DNA of 58,744 nt from Candidatus Woesebacteria bacterium RIFCSPLOWO2_01_FULL_39_23 (GTDB lineage: Bacteria; Patescibacteriota; Microgenomatia; UBA8517). This document shows positions 1-7,225 of the stretch, piece by piece. The notes under the pieces are model-generated. The model made no database searches, was not told the DNA's origin, and was given only the letters and a program-made list of their open reading frames with translations. Position numbers and translations under genes: made by a program. The stretch lies in the NCBI GenBank assembly GCA_001793095.1, contig MGHG01000011.1, positions 1 through 58,744 of the forward strand, read 5' to 3'. Within the stretch, counting starts at the first letter, position 1. Each line of letters begins with the position of its first letter.

Positions 1-63
1 CCACACTTGGGAATAAACCTGAAAACACCATATGAAGTTATTGCAAATGTCCTGCTAGGTTAA
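1..63 (+). mobile_element. 3' end of an integrase-core (rve) transposase, IS481/IS3/IS30-like, truncated by the window edge
   Basis: Frame +1 reads PHLGINLKTPYEVIANVLLG*, matching the 'YN..RPH..L...TP.E' C-terminal motif of DDE IS transposases. Only 20 codons are visible. Confidence 0.5.
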
Positions 64-238
64 GACGTAAGTAGCCTCGTGGTAAATAGGAGATTAATTA
101 TTATCGGGTAAGATTAATATTCTGAGAAAGTACTTGAAAGCTTTCGTTTATAGCTGTAGGATGTAAAAAGTCTGCCCCATAGGAAATATATAAAGGCCTC
201 TACCCAGAAGGGTATCAGGCCAGAAGGAGGTGATTAAA

Positions 239-598
239 GTGAGTCTTCAGATTGTTAGTATTATAGGAAATGCTACAAAAGATGCCGAACTTAGAGTTTC
301 CAAAGACGGTGTGTCGTATTTGACCTTCAGAGTTGCGGTAAGCGGACAGGAGGGAACAGCAACATTTTACAACATACTCGTTTTCGGACACTACGGTGAA
401 GCGATAAAAGACCAAGTGACACGCGGTAGACAAATTTACGTCACCGGAAGGTTGCAGATTAGCGAGAAGGGTTATATTAGCGTAGTTGCTGACCACCTCG
501 AGCTATTAGCAAGACCAAAACAAAAGTTGGTAACCGAAACAGAAGTTGAAGTAGAGAAAAAACCGGAGGTAAAGGTAGAAAAGAAGAACGGGAAGTAA
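239..598 (+). CDS. ssb: Single-stranded DNA-binding (OB-fold) protein, short, without acidic tail
   Basis: Motifs IIGNATKDAELR, TFRVAV, FYNILVFG, RGRQIYVTGRL. SD AGGAGGTG at 225-232 favours GTG 239 over GTG 230. Confidence 0.8.
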   Translation: MSLQIVSIIGNATKDAELRVSKDGVSYLTFRVAVSGQEGTATFYNILVFGHYGEAIKDQVTRGRQIYVTGRLQISEKGYISVVADHLELLARPKQKLVTETEVEVEKKPEVKVEKKNGK

Positions 599-673
599 AT
601 TAGTATCTTCTTTTGTCTGAGGTCGGAGCGGTCTTACATACCCGGTCTTCTTTACTACACAGGTTAGTATTTG

Positions 674-744
674 AGACCCGTGAGGGAGTCGAACCCTCCT
701 AAATGGTTTTGCAGACCATCGCATAGCCTCTCTGCCAACGGGTC
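674..744 (-). tRNA. tRNA-Cys (GCA)
   Basis: GACCCGT/ACGGGTC acceptor stem, ATGGT-CTGCAAA-ACCAT anticodon arm, GAGGG-TTCGACT-CCCTC T arm, U discriminator. CCA not encoded. Confidence 0.93.
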
Positions 745-997
745 ATTTATCCATACTGTTTTTTAATCTTTTTAGAAGCTCGTTTCTTACTGCGTGCATT
801 TTGAGCTCTTTTTCTCTTTTCGTGGCATCCTTTTTACTTATATATGCCTCGTAATACAATAATTTCCATGGTGTGTATGGTTTTGTCGATTTTACTTTAC
901 CTATATTATGTAGCTTAAATCTTGCTTTAAGATTGCCACTATATCCAACATATATATCGCCATTTTTTACACTTCTTAGAACATATGCGTAAAACAT
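743..997 (-). CDS. Small GIY-YIG nuclease (UPF0213/YhbQ-like)
   Basis: YAYVL...IYVGYS..LKARF..HN.G...T....PWKL.YYE...A..RE..LK. Its TGA stop overlaps the first 2 nt of tRNA-Cys. Confidence 0.88.
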   Translation of the reverse strand: MFYAYVLRSVKNGDIYVGYSGNLKARFKLHNIGKVKSTKPYTPWKLLYYEAYISKKDATKREKELKMHAVRNELLKRLKNSMDK

Positions 998-1033
998 GTA
1001 ATTGACTTAAAGAGGGGTAATCTACGCATAAGT

Positions 1034-1103
1034 GTTTTGTCCTGCAGAGCAGGATCTCGCTCTGCGAGACAGACCGCCCGATAAACCTCTCTCGCACGTG
1101 GCC
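1034..1103 (-). pseudogene. 5' half of a second tRNA-Cys(GCA), interrupted in the anticodon and lacking its 3' half
   Basis: Removing 1040-1069 gives GGCCACG TG CGAG AGAGGTTTA TCG G GCGGT CTGCAAA AC. The D stem (CGA/TCG) and Cys anticodon loop are intact; the sequence diverges after AC. Confidence 0.7.
1040..1069. repeat. REP-like 30-bp double hairpin
   Basis: TCCTGC-AGA-GCAGGA immediately followed by TCTCGC-TCT-GCGAGA: two 6-bp stems with 3-nt loops. Confidence 0.75.
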
Positions 1104-1142
1104 GATGAATCCTATTTTACTCTACTCACCCTCAAAAACAAA

Positions 1143-1169
1143 ACCCCGCCAAGTTTAACTCAGCGGGGT
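1143..1169 (-). terminator. Intrinsic terminator downstream of hsp20
   Basis: Minus strand ACCCCGC...GCGGGGT followed by TTTGTTTTT. Confidence 0.6.
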
Positions 1170-1187
1170 AGAAAATTTTACCTGAAT

Positions 1188-1589
1188 TTACTTGCCTTTT
1201 GCCTTAACAGTAATTTTTCTAGGTCTCGCAGCTGCAGTTTTGGGAATTGTTATAGATACCACTCCGTCTTCAATTTCAGCATCCGCTTTATCCCACTGCC
1301 CTCCCGATAGTGCAGCTGTGTAATAATACTGATAAGAGGATGATTTATATTCTCCCTTAGACTTACTTTCTTCGGATTTTTCGGCCTTGATAGTCAATAC
1401 ACCATCTTCGATATGAATTTCGACATCCTTGGCTGGAACTCCTGCTACCACTGCTTCAGCAATAATGTTTTGCGGAGTTTCGTGTATTTTTAAGCCTCTT
1501 CGTCCGAGATTCATATCCTCAAACTCATCCAACCACCTCGGCCAAGTAAAAAGATTTCTGAAAGGATCACGCTTAACTAAATCTACCAT
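1188..1589 (-). CDS. Hsp20/alpha-crystallin small heat shock protein
   Basis: DPFRNLF N-terminus, GVPAKDVEIHIEDGVLTIKAE, A...DGVVSITIPK, RKITV. SD AGGAGGTG upstream of ATG 1589. Confidence 0.92.
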   Translation of the reverse strand: MVDLVKRDPFRNLFTWPRWLDEFEDMNLGRRGLKIHETPQNIIAEAVVAGVPAKDVEIHIEDGVLTIKAEKSEESKSKGEYKSSSYQYYYTAALSGGQWDKADAEIEDGVVSITIPKTAAARPRKITVKAKGK

Positions 1590-1662
1590 CAACTATTCAC
1601 CTCCTTCTACTCTAACTTTCTTTTGTAAAAGAAAGTTAGGCAAAGAAAAATCAATTATCACA

Positions 1663-1689
1663 TTGGCACTCTAACTCCTAGACTGCTAT
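1663..1689. promoter_or_regulatory. CIRCE (HrcA operator) upstream of hsp20
   Basis: TTGGCACTC-N9-GACTGCTAT versus consensus TTAGCACTC-N9-GAGTGCTAA. Confidence 0.75.
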
Positions 1690-1722
1690 TTATATTAATA
1701 AATGAATTATTACTTGTCAAGC

Positions 1723-1947
1723 CTATCGCTGAAATAACCTCTGCTGGTAGTACTTACTTTTGACTTTCTGAAGCGCCTTTTTTTCAATTTGGCGAATTCT
1801 ACCTTCGGTTACGCCATACTTTTTACCAATTTTCTCAAGAGTAATTCTTCGGAGTCTCTTAACTAACACTTTCTTTTCTTTAACACTAAGATGTGGAAGT
1901 TTCCGAATATGGGCAGAAAAAAAGCGAATTGTGCGATTTGCCCGCAT
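1723..1947 (-). CDS. Stand-alone sigma-70 region 4 (HTH) domain protein, 74 aa
   Basis: TLEKIGKKYGVTEGRIRQIEKKAL matches the sigma4.2 TLEEIG..FGVTRERIRQIE.KAL motif. No regions 1-3. Confidence 0.8.
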   Translation of the reverse strand: MRANRTIRFFSAHIRKLPHLSVKEKKVLVKRLRRITLEKIGKKYGVTEGRIRQIEKKALQKVKSKYYQQRLFQR

Positions 1948-1971
1948 ATTAGCCTAGTATACCTCTAGCCT

Positions 1972-2511
1972 TTAGGGAGTACAATTCGGCCAGATATATG
2001 CCTGATTTTTGGATAAAACATACGCTGCCGTTTGAACCGCTTCTTCGGCATCAAGGCGCAAGTCAGAGCTTTTATTCTCTCCAATTTCTTGACGGTATCT
2101 TTTCCAAGTTCCGGAAGAAAACTGAAAAAGTCCCGCATAAACTCCATTAACAGCTAATGGATTAAAGCCGGATTCACAGACTGCAATATGACGCAGGACG
2201 TTAATATCTACTCCATACTGACTAGTAAATCGCTCCATAAACGCTTGAATTTCCATACTAGAGTACTTTTTAACACTAGGCTTCACCGTTGGGGTAGGTT
2301 GCGGTGTTGGTGTATATGACGGTTCGGGAGTCGGAGTTAATGTGGGTATTAGCGTTGGGCTAGGAATTGGCATCGGATTAATATTTATTTCGCTATTCGT
2401 CTTGTCTGATAAAACGTCTCCTCGAATATGCTTATCATAATAAGACATACTTAAGTAACCTATTCCAACTCCTGCAATCAGAATAAAGAAAACCAGAAAA
2501 ATAAACTTCAT
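1972..2511 (-). CDS. Membrane-anchored lytic transglycosylase-like (SLT/Rpf-like) protein
   Basis: N-terminal TM helix, Pro/Thr linker, IAVCESGFNP (catalytic Glu), AGLFQF..GTW. Confidence 0.8.
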   Translation of the reverse strand: MKFIFLVFFILIAGVGIGYLSMSYYDKHIRGDVLSDKTNSEININPMPIPSPTLIPTLTPTPEPSYTPTPQPTPTVKPSVKKYSSMEIQAFMERFTSQYGVDINVLRHIAVCESGFNPLAVNGVYAGLFQFSSGTWKRYRQEIGENKSSDLRLDAEEAVQTAAYVLSKNQAYIWPNCTP

Positions 2512-2906
2512 GGTTTGCTGACTTTCTTATTGCTCTTTGCCGCATGTATTGCGCTATCATCCAATCCAAAGTGGTGGGCAATTTCGTGAATTACAGTATC
2601 TTTGACAATCCTATTTACATCCTCCGGGCTTCTTGAAATTGCCAAAATCGACCTCTTAAAAATAGATATTTTGTCAGGCAACGTCGGTCCTATCCCGTAT
2701 CTACCCCGTTTCGTCCGAGGTATACCCTGGTAGAGTCCGAGTAATAATCCAACGCGCCCTCCGCCTCTTTGCTGTAATTCTCTTATTTGGTGTGGGTTTG
2801 GCCAGTCCTCGATTACAATATCCACATTTTCCATTTTTTCTAAGAATTCTTTGGGTAACTCACTAATCGCTCGATTTATTAACTTTCTAAATTGCGAATC
2901 GTCCAT
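2508..2906 (-). CDS. Zincin-like metallopeptidase (DUF1025-type)
   Basis: LLGLYQGIP, PDKISIF, TVIHEIAHHFG (HExxH). ATG 2906 preferred over TTG 2924. Confidence 0.8.
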   Translation of the reverse strand: MDDSQFRKLINRAISELPKEFLEKMENVDIVIEDWPNPHQIRELQQRGGGRVGLLLGLYQGIPRTKRGRYGIGPTLPDKISIFKRSILAISRSPEDVNRIVKDTVIHEIAHHFGLDDSAIHAAKSNKKVSKP

Positions 2907-3005
2907 CAAAGGGATTGTATACAACTTTTCTTATAAAAGCCATTTTTCGTATAACTTTTCATTCAAAAATTTGCTTTTCCGGGTTTCATGAGCTAAAATA
3001 TCACG

Positions 3006-3028
3006 TCCCGATTAATTCGGGATTTTTT
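3006..3028 (+). terminator. Terminator-like hairpin
   Basis: TCCCGA-TTAAT-TCGGGA followed by TTTTTT. No obvious upstream plus-strand gene. Confidence 0.4.
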
Positions 3029-3116
3029 GTTGACACGGATTGAGCGAATACATTACTGATATCCGCGGATATCCTACCTCTGCCCGACGGTTGCCGTAGT
3101 CGTAAATTACGGCAAT

Positions 3117-3785
3117 ATGATACGACTATCTCTAAATCTGTCCCCACGTTACCGGCTCGACCTGTCTCTTATAAAAAGTCGGAAGAAACCTGACGTGGTT
3201 TCGATCGTCCCAAAGCCCGGTAAAATCTTCTCGATAAAAAAAGGAAGCAAAATCAGTAGAATCTTCAGGCACGTTTTTTCTCATAATAAGATCAATAAAT
3301 TTTTAGGTATAAACCTTGCCGCCTTGTTTCTATCTTCAGCCTTAACCCAAACACCCGTGAGCGTTCAAGGTAAAGAAAGCGATTCTCCTCTGACTGAAGT
3401 TCCTATTGTTCTCCAAACCAAGCATGGAGTTCAGTATCCGGTAAAACAAATCAAAATAACCCAAGGCTATAGACTTTTTCATCCTGGACTCGATTTAGAT
3501 GGTAAAACTGGGGATCCAATCTACCCGATTATGGCAGGACGAGTTGAAGCTATTGATAGATCTAAGTATGGTTATGGAAACGCAATAATACTAAATCACG
3601 GAAACGATATAACCTCTCTCTATGCTCATTTATCAAGAATCGAAGTGTCGGTTAATCAGGATGTAACAGTAGACACAGAAATTGGAAAAATGGGAGCAAC
3701 CGGGCGTGCTTCGGGTGATCATTTGCACTTGGAAATCCGCGATCACGGAAAAGCCATTAATCCTCTAACCATATTGTCCAGATAA
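3117..3785 (+). CDS. M23 family metallopeptidase
   Basis: FHPGLDL (HxxxD), YAHL, HLHLEIR. Hydrophobic segment N-terminal to the catalytic domain. Confidence 0.9.
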   Translation: MIRLSLNLSPRYRLDLSLIKSRKKPDVVSIVPKPGKIFSIKKGSKISRIFRHVFSHNKINKFLGINLAALFLSSALTQTPVSVQGKESDSPLTEVPIVLQTKHGVQYPVKQIKITQGYRLFHPGLDLDGKTGDPIYPIMAGRVEAIDRSKYGYGNAIILNHGNDITSLYAHLSRIEVSVNQDVTVDTEIGKMGATGRASGDHLHLEIRDHGKAINPLTILSR

Positions 3786-3809
3786 CTTTTTGGTATATAA
3801 TCCTCGTTA

Positions 3810-4532
3810 ATGTTGGAGAGAATATTTAACGCTCCTGAAGAACTAAAAGATTTGGCTTTTCAATCTCTTCTAGTACCGCGATATACACGCACCTATCATG
3901 AGGGAATCTTTCGAGATTCAACAGGCGGGCATACACTCCGGTGTATTGATAAAGCTGACACGCTTAATATAAAACAAGCAGATAAAGTAATTATTACAGA
4001 TAAACTCTGGTCGCATGACTTAGCTGAAGTAGTAACCTCTGATTTCTCGGCAATACATAAACAAAACGATCCAAAACTTAAAAGAATGTTATTCGAGAGA
4101 GAGCTGGAAGCCATCAGAACCTATATTCCTGAAAAATATAAGCCACACGTTTATGATTTCATAGAAGCGGAAAGATTCTGGGACGGTTCAATCTATTCCA
4201 AGTTACCTACGCCTCACGCGCTTGTGGCAAAAACTATTGATCATACTGATGGGAATGTTTTTTTTCACAAAGCACTTGCTTCTTGGGTTTCTTCAGATGA
4301 ATATAATCCTGATTATCTCCCAAGTAAAGATTCACTAAGATATACATTCGTCAACTATCATAAATACATGGAACGACTCAGCTCCCCCGTTAAACCATTC
4401 GGTCAGTTTTATGAAGTAATATTAAACTTATTAAACGATGAAATTGTTAAAATTGCTGGTTTCTGGTCTGGTGTTAAAGAACAAAAACAGCCTGAAATAA
4501 TAATCAAAGATCTCCGCACTATTATCAACTAG
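3810..4532 (+). CDS. HD-domain phosphohydrolase (5'-deoxynucleotidase YfbR-like)
   Basis: VPRY...GHT, WSHDLAEVVTSD, E...A, AKTIDHTD pattern. Confidence 0.65.
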   Translation: MLERIFNAPEELKDLAFQSLLVPRYTRTYHEGIFRDSTGGHTLRCIDKADTLNIKQADKVIITDKLWSHDLAEVVTSDFSAIHKQNDPKLKRMLFERELEAIRTYIPEKYKPHVYDFIEAERFWDGSIYSKLPTPHALVAKTIDHTDGNVFFHKALASWVSSDEYNPDYLPSKDSLRYTFVNYHKYMERLSSPVKPFGQFYEVILNLLNDEIVKIAGFWSGVKEQKQPEIIIKDLRTIIN

Positions 4533-4536
4533 TTTT

Positions 4537-5127
4537 TTAGTTTTCAAGACTTCTCCAAAGATACCACGATGCTATTGTTCTGTAGGGTTTCCAGCGCTTG
4601 GCGAATTTGACCATCCGTTCACTTGTAAGCTCTTTATTTAACAACTTCTTCATGCCCTTTTTTATCCCTAAATCATCATCGGGAAAAATATCAGCTCTTC
4701 CTAAACTAAACATAAGAAACATCTCCGCTGTCCATCGACCAATCCCTTTAACAGCAATCAGCTCTTGCATAACTTCGTCGTCGGGGAGATTGTTCAGTTT
4801 CCTTATATGTAGCTTCCTATCTCTCACTCTTTCTGCTAGATCTTTAATTGATCTTACCTTTGCCCAGGCCATTCCGCAGTCCCTCAGTGACTGATCACTT
4901 AGTGCCAATATCTTTCTGGGCGTTAGTCTTCCCCTCGCTTTACTCTTTAGTCTTTCAAAAATTACATCCGCTACTCTACCGGATAATTGCTGACCAATAA
5001 TCTCTCCTACTAATCCCTGAAAGTAATCAACGTGGACTCTTGGTTTTATTTTACAATGGCCGTACTTTTTAATTAAAGGAGCAATGTATTTATCTTTTAA
5101 GAGAAATTCTTCTGCATCTTTCCACAT
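4537..5127 (-). CDS. alkA: DNA-3-methyladenine glycosylase II (AlkA, HhH-GPD)
   Basis: IIGQQLS, VKGIGRWTAEMFLMF.LGR.DIFP.DDLG, WKPYRT.ASWYLW. Confidence 0.9.
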   Translation of the reverse strand: MWKDAEEFLLKDKYIAPLIKKYGHCKIKPRVHVDYFQGLVGEIIGQQLSGRVADVIFERLKSKARGRLTPRKILALSDQSLRDCGMAWAKVRSIKDLAERVRDRKLHIRKLNNLPDDEVMQELIAVKGIGRWTAEMFLMFSLGRADIFPDDDLGIKKGMKKLLNKELTSERMVKFAKRWKPYRTIASWYLWRSLEN

Positions 5128-5140
5128 GAGAAAATTATAT

Positions 5141-5210
5141 GGGAATTTAGAGGGGCTTATAGGATTTTAAAGGACTGTACTTTCTTCCTCTAAACTCCTC
5201 TAATTTCCTT
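5141..5210. repeat. Two oppositely oriented arrays of degenerate 10-nt tandem repeats
   Basis: gggaatttag aggggcttat aggattttaa agga (5141-5174) versus ttcctctaaa ctcctctaat ttccttt (5185-5211). Confidence 0.65.
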
Positions 5211-5941
5211 TATTCCAAATGCAGTTTACTTCGCATTCGGGCTTTTTCCACTTGATAATACTTTTGTTCCCTAGCAAGTTTTTCCTCAAGTGACTCCACC
5301 AATCTTCTTAAATGCCAGTCAGTCTTATTGATCAATTCAATGAAAATCTCGTAAGTCAAATCCTCGGCCTTCAAATTATCCACCGGCTTATAAAGGAATT
5401 GAAAGGAGTTTTTAGGAATTTGTCCTTGTGTTTTCTCTTTTCCTCTAGATTCCTCTATGTTCCTGTAAGTTCCTTTAATTACCACCGGTCTAGATATTAC
5501 TAACCGCTTAAGAGCTTCATGCCAGTCGGACAAATCAATTCCTAGGTTTTTAAGCGACGATCCTAGTATAGATCTTAAAAATCCATCTTGAAGCGATCTC
5601 TGAATATCACCCTTTCCTTCTATTAAACTTGCTTGTGCATAGCCTAAAAAAGTTAAATACTCAGACGTCGTCGGTCGTGCAAAACCTTCCTCAATATTGG
5701 CAACAACTGAGCGCGTATTATCGTCAAATTGTGCTTTTAATCTGTACTCAGATTTAGGCAATCCTGCAGTAAATTTTCTGGCAAATACCCGCAATAGACT
5801 TGCATTAGACCAAGCAACTAAGAAAATATAACCGTTTGGGGTATTTGAAACGCGAGACTTTTGGAGTGGTTTTTTCGGTTGGTTTAACTCTTGAAGAGTT
5901 TTATCTATAAGTTCCTGAACAACTGGGTTTATCTTTGACAT
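5210..5941 (-). CDS. Four helix bundle protein (TIGR02436 / 23S-IVP / bAvd-like) with C-terminal extension
   Basis: EYRLKAQFDDNTRSVVANIEEGFAR..SEYLTFLGYAQASLIE...DIQRSLQDGFL. Confidence 0.8.
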   Translation of the reverse strand: MSKINPVVQELIDKTLQELNQPKKPLQKSRVSNTPNGYIFLVAWSNASLLRVFARKFTAGLPKSEYRLKAQFDDNTRSVVANIEEGFARPTTSEYLTFLGYAQASLIEGKGDIQRSLQDGFLRSILGSSLKNLGIDLSDWHEALKRLVISRPVVIKGTYRNIEESRGKEKTQGQIPKNSFQFLYKPVDNLKAEDLTYEIFIELINKTDWHLRRLVESLEEKLAREQKYYQVEKARMRSKLHLE

Positions 5942-5943
5942 CT

Positions 5944-5975
5944 ATTAGGATTTTATAGGATATTAAAGGAATTTG
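5944..5975. repeat. 10-nt tandem repeat array upstream of the four-helix gene
   Basis: attaggattt tataggatat taaaggaatt tg. The same unit family occurs inside the gene at 5441-5480. Confidence 0.65.
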
Positions 5976-5984
5976 AAAATGATA

Positions 5985-6446
5985 TTATTCAATGGATGAA
6001 ATTATCCCTTTCCTCGACTTATTTTCTAACATCAGCTCAAATTCCTCACTGATTCTTTTTCCGATGATGGCTAATCCCAAGGGAGAACTGGATGAAACAA
6101 ACTTAAAACTGATAACTGAAGGTGATTCTTCAACATAAAAGAAACTGCTCGTTTCTCCGTCGTTAAATATTAGTTCCACATAACAAATCGGAGCAATACT
6201 TTCCGGTAAATCCCTTTCTAGGGACTGTTTTAGCATTTGTTGAAAATCTTGCATATTAATAAGACTACTTTTGGCCAAATCTGCCTGCGATTGCGAGTGA
6301 TACCTATCACCCGATTGCGAGGGGGAATTATATGAAGAACGTGCTATTTCATTCGCAGCTCCTACGACCTTTTCTGTCCTCACTTTAATTTCTTCCACCT
6401 CACGCTCGACTTTATTCAGCAACTCATTAAGTTTATTTCTTGTCAT
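5985..6446 (-). CDS. GreA/GreB-like elongation factor family protein
   Basis: N-terminal coiled coil with SQSGDRY; C-terminal VSSSSPLGLAIIGKRISEEF (Gre C-domain). ATG 6446 lies 6 nt after TATAAT. Confidence 0.7.
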   Translation of the reverse strand: MTRNKLNELLNKVEREVEEIKVRTEKVVGAANEIARSSYNSPSQSGDRYHSQSQADLAKSSLINMQDFQQMLKQSLERDLPESIAPICYVELIFNDGETSSFFYVEESPSVISFKFVSSSSPLGLAIIGKRISEEFELMLENKSRKGIISSIE

Positions 6447-6554
6447 GGGTAAATTATACAGAAAATGAAACAAATATTCGTAACCGAAGCATAAATTTAG
6501 AAATTAGTAATTAGAAATTAAACAACACTCTTTTACCTTCAATATCGAGCCATG

Positions 6555-7208
6555 TTATTTCCTATCAGCATCGAGTTTCACTGCAAGCATTCCTAGCGTT
6601 AGTCTAACAATTTCATCTACAGCCCACTGGTTCTGACTATATCTTAGGAGGGTTTTTTCCGAATTTAAGAATACTTCTAAAGGTTCCGTGATAAGGCGCT
6701 TAACTCTGCCTTCATCTGTACCCTTAGGTGGCGTCAAATATCCTCTTCCAAGTTCATCTCGATACTCTACTTTTGGTTCGGGGAAATCTGTGTAAAACTG
6801 GAGACCACCTCTTCCATCCTTGTGGCGTACCACAGATAATGGTTTCAAGTCTGGGAGAGTAATCATTCCACCAGTTTCTTCAATAAACTCTCTTTTTGCC
6901 GTATCAAATATCGTTTTATCTGTACCATACTTCATTTTTCCTGCAGGCAGTTCCACCCTCCTTCTACCTTTCTCAACTCCGAACTCAATCAGAAGTATGC
7001 TATTGCTATTTCTTGTCCGTGCGATTACGGCCGCTGAGGAAAGATCAACTTCCAAATACGGATCTGGGTCATCTAAAAACACATCAAGTTCGTTGTATGC
7101 CTTGAGATGAAAACCCTCTATTTCGTAAAATGCCTTAAGAAGAATTGTGTCTGTTACATCTCCCTCTGATACCAGAAACGGTCTTTTCCCTTCAAGAATC
7201 TCAACCAT
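6555..7208 (-). CDS. NUDIX hydrolase
   Basis: ELPAGK......TIFDTAKREFIEETGG, a Nudix box with a small insertion. Confidence 0.75.
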   Translation of the reverse strand: MVEILEGKRPFLVSEGDVTDTILLKAFYEIEGFHLKAYNELDVFLDDPDPYLEVDLSSAAVIARTRNSNSILLIEFGVEKGRRRVELPAGKMKYGTDKTIFDTAKREFIEETGGMITLPDLKPLSVVRHKDGRGGLQFYTDFPEPKVEYRDELGRGYLTPPKGTDEGRVKRLITEPLEVFLNSEKTLLRYSQNQWAVDEIVRLTLGMLAVKLDADRK

Positions 7209-7225
7209 GACGGAATTGTAGCACT

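Noticed and set aside
743-1103. Group I intron with a GIY-YIG homing endonuclease splitting tRNA-Cys
   Set aside because: No 3' exon (GCAAAACCGC...CGTGGCC) is found downstream in the window, no P7/catalytic-core motifs were recognised, and the interval contains a complete independent tRNA.
3030-3116. Known riboswitch (c-di-AMP ydaO or c-di-GMP) upstream of the M23 gene
   Set aside because: Conserved core motifs were not recognisable by eye; kept only as an unknown structured region.
5210-5941. Diversity-generating retroelement suggested by Avd-like four-helix proteins
   Set aside because: No reverse transcriptase in the window and no template/variable repeat pair with adenine-specific mismatches; the pilin 53-bp pair is identical, not A-mutated.
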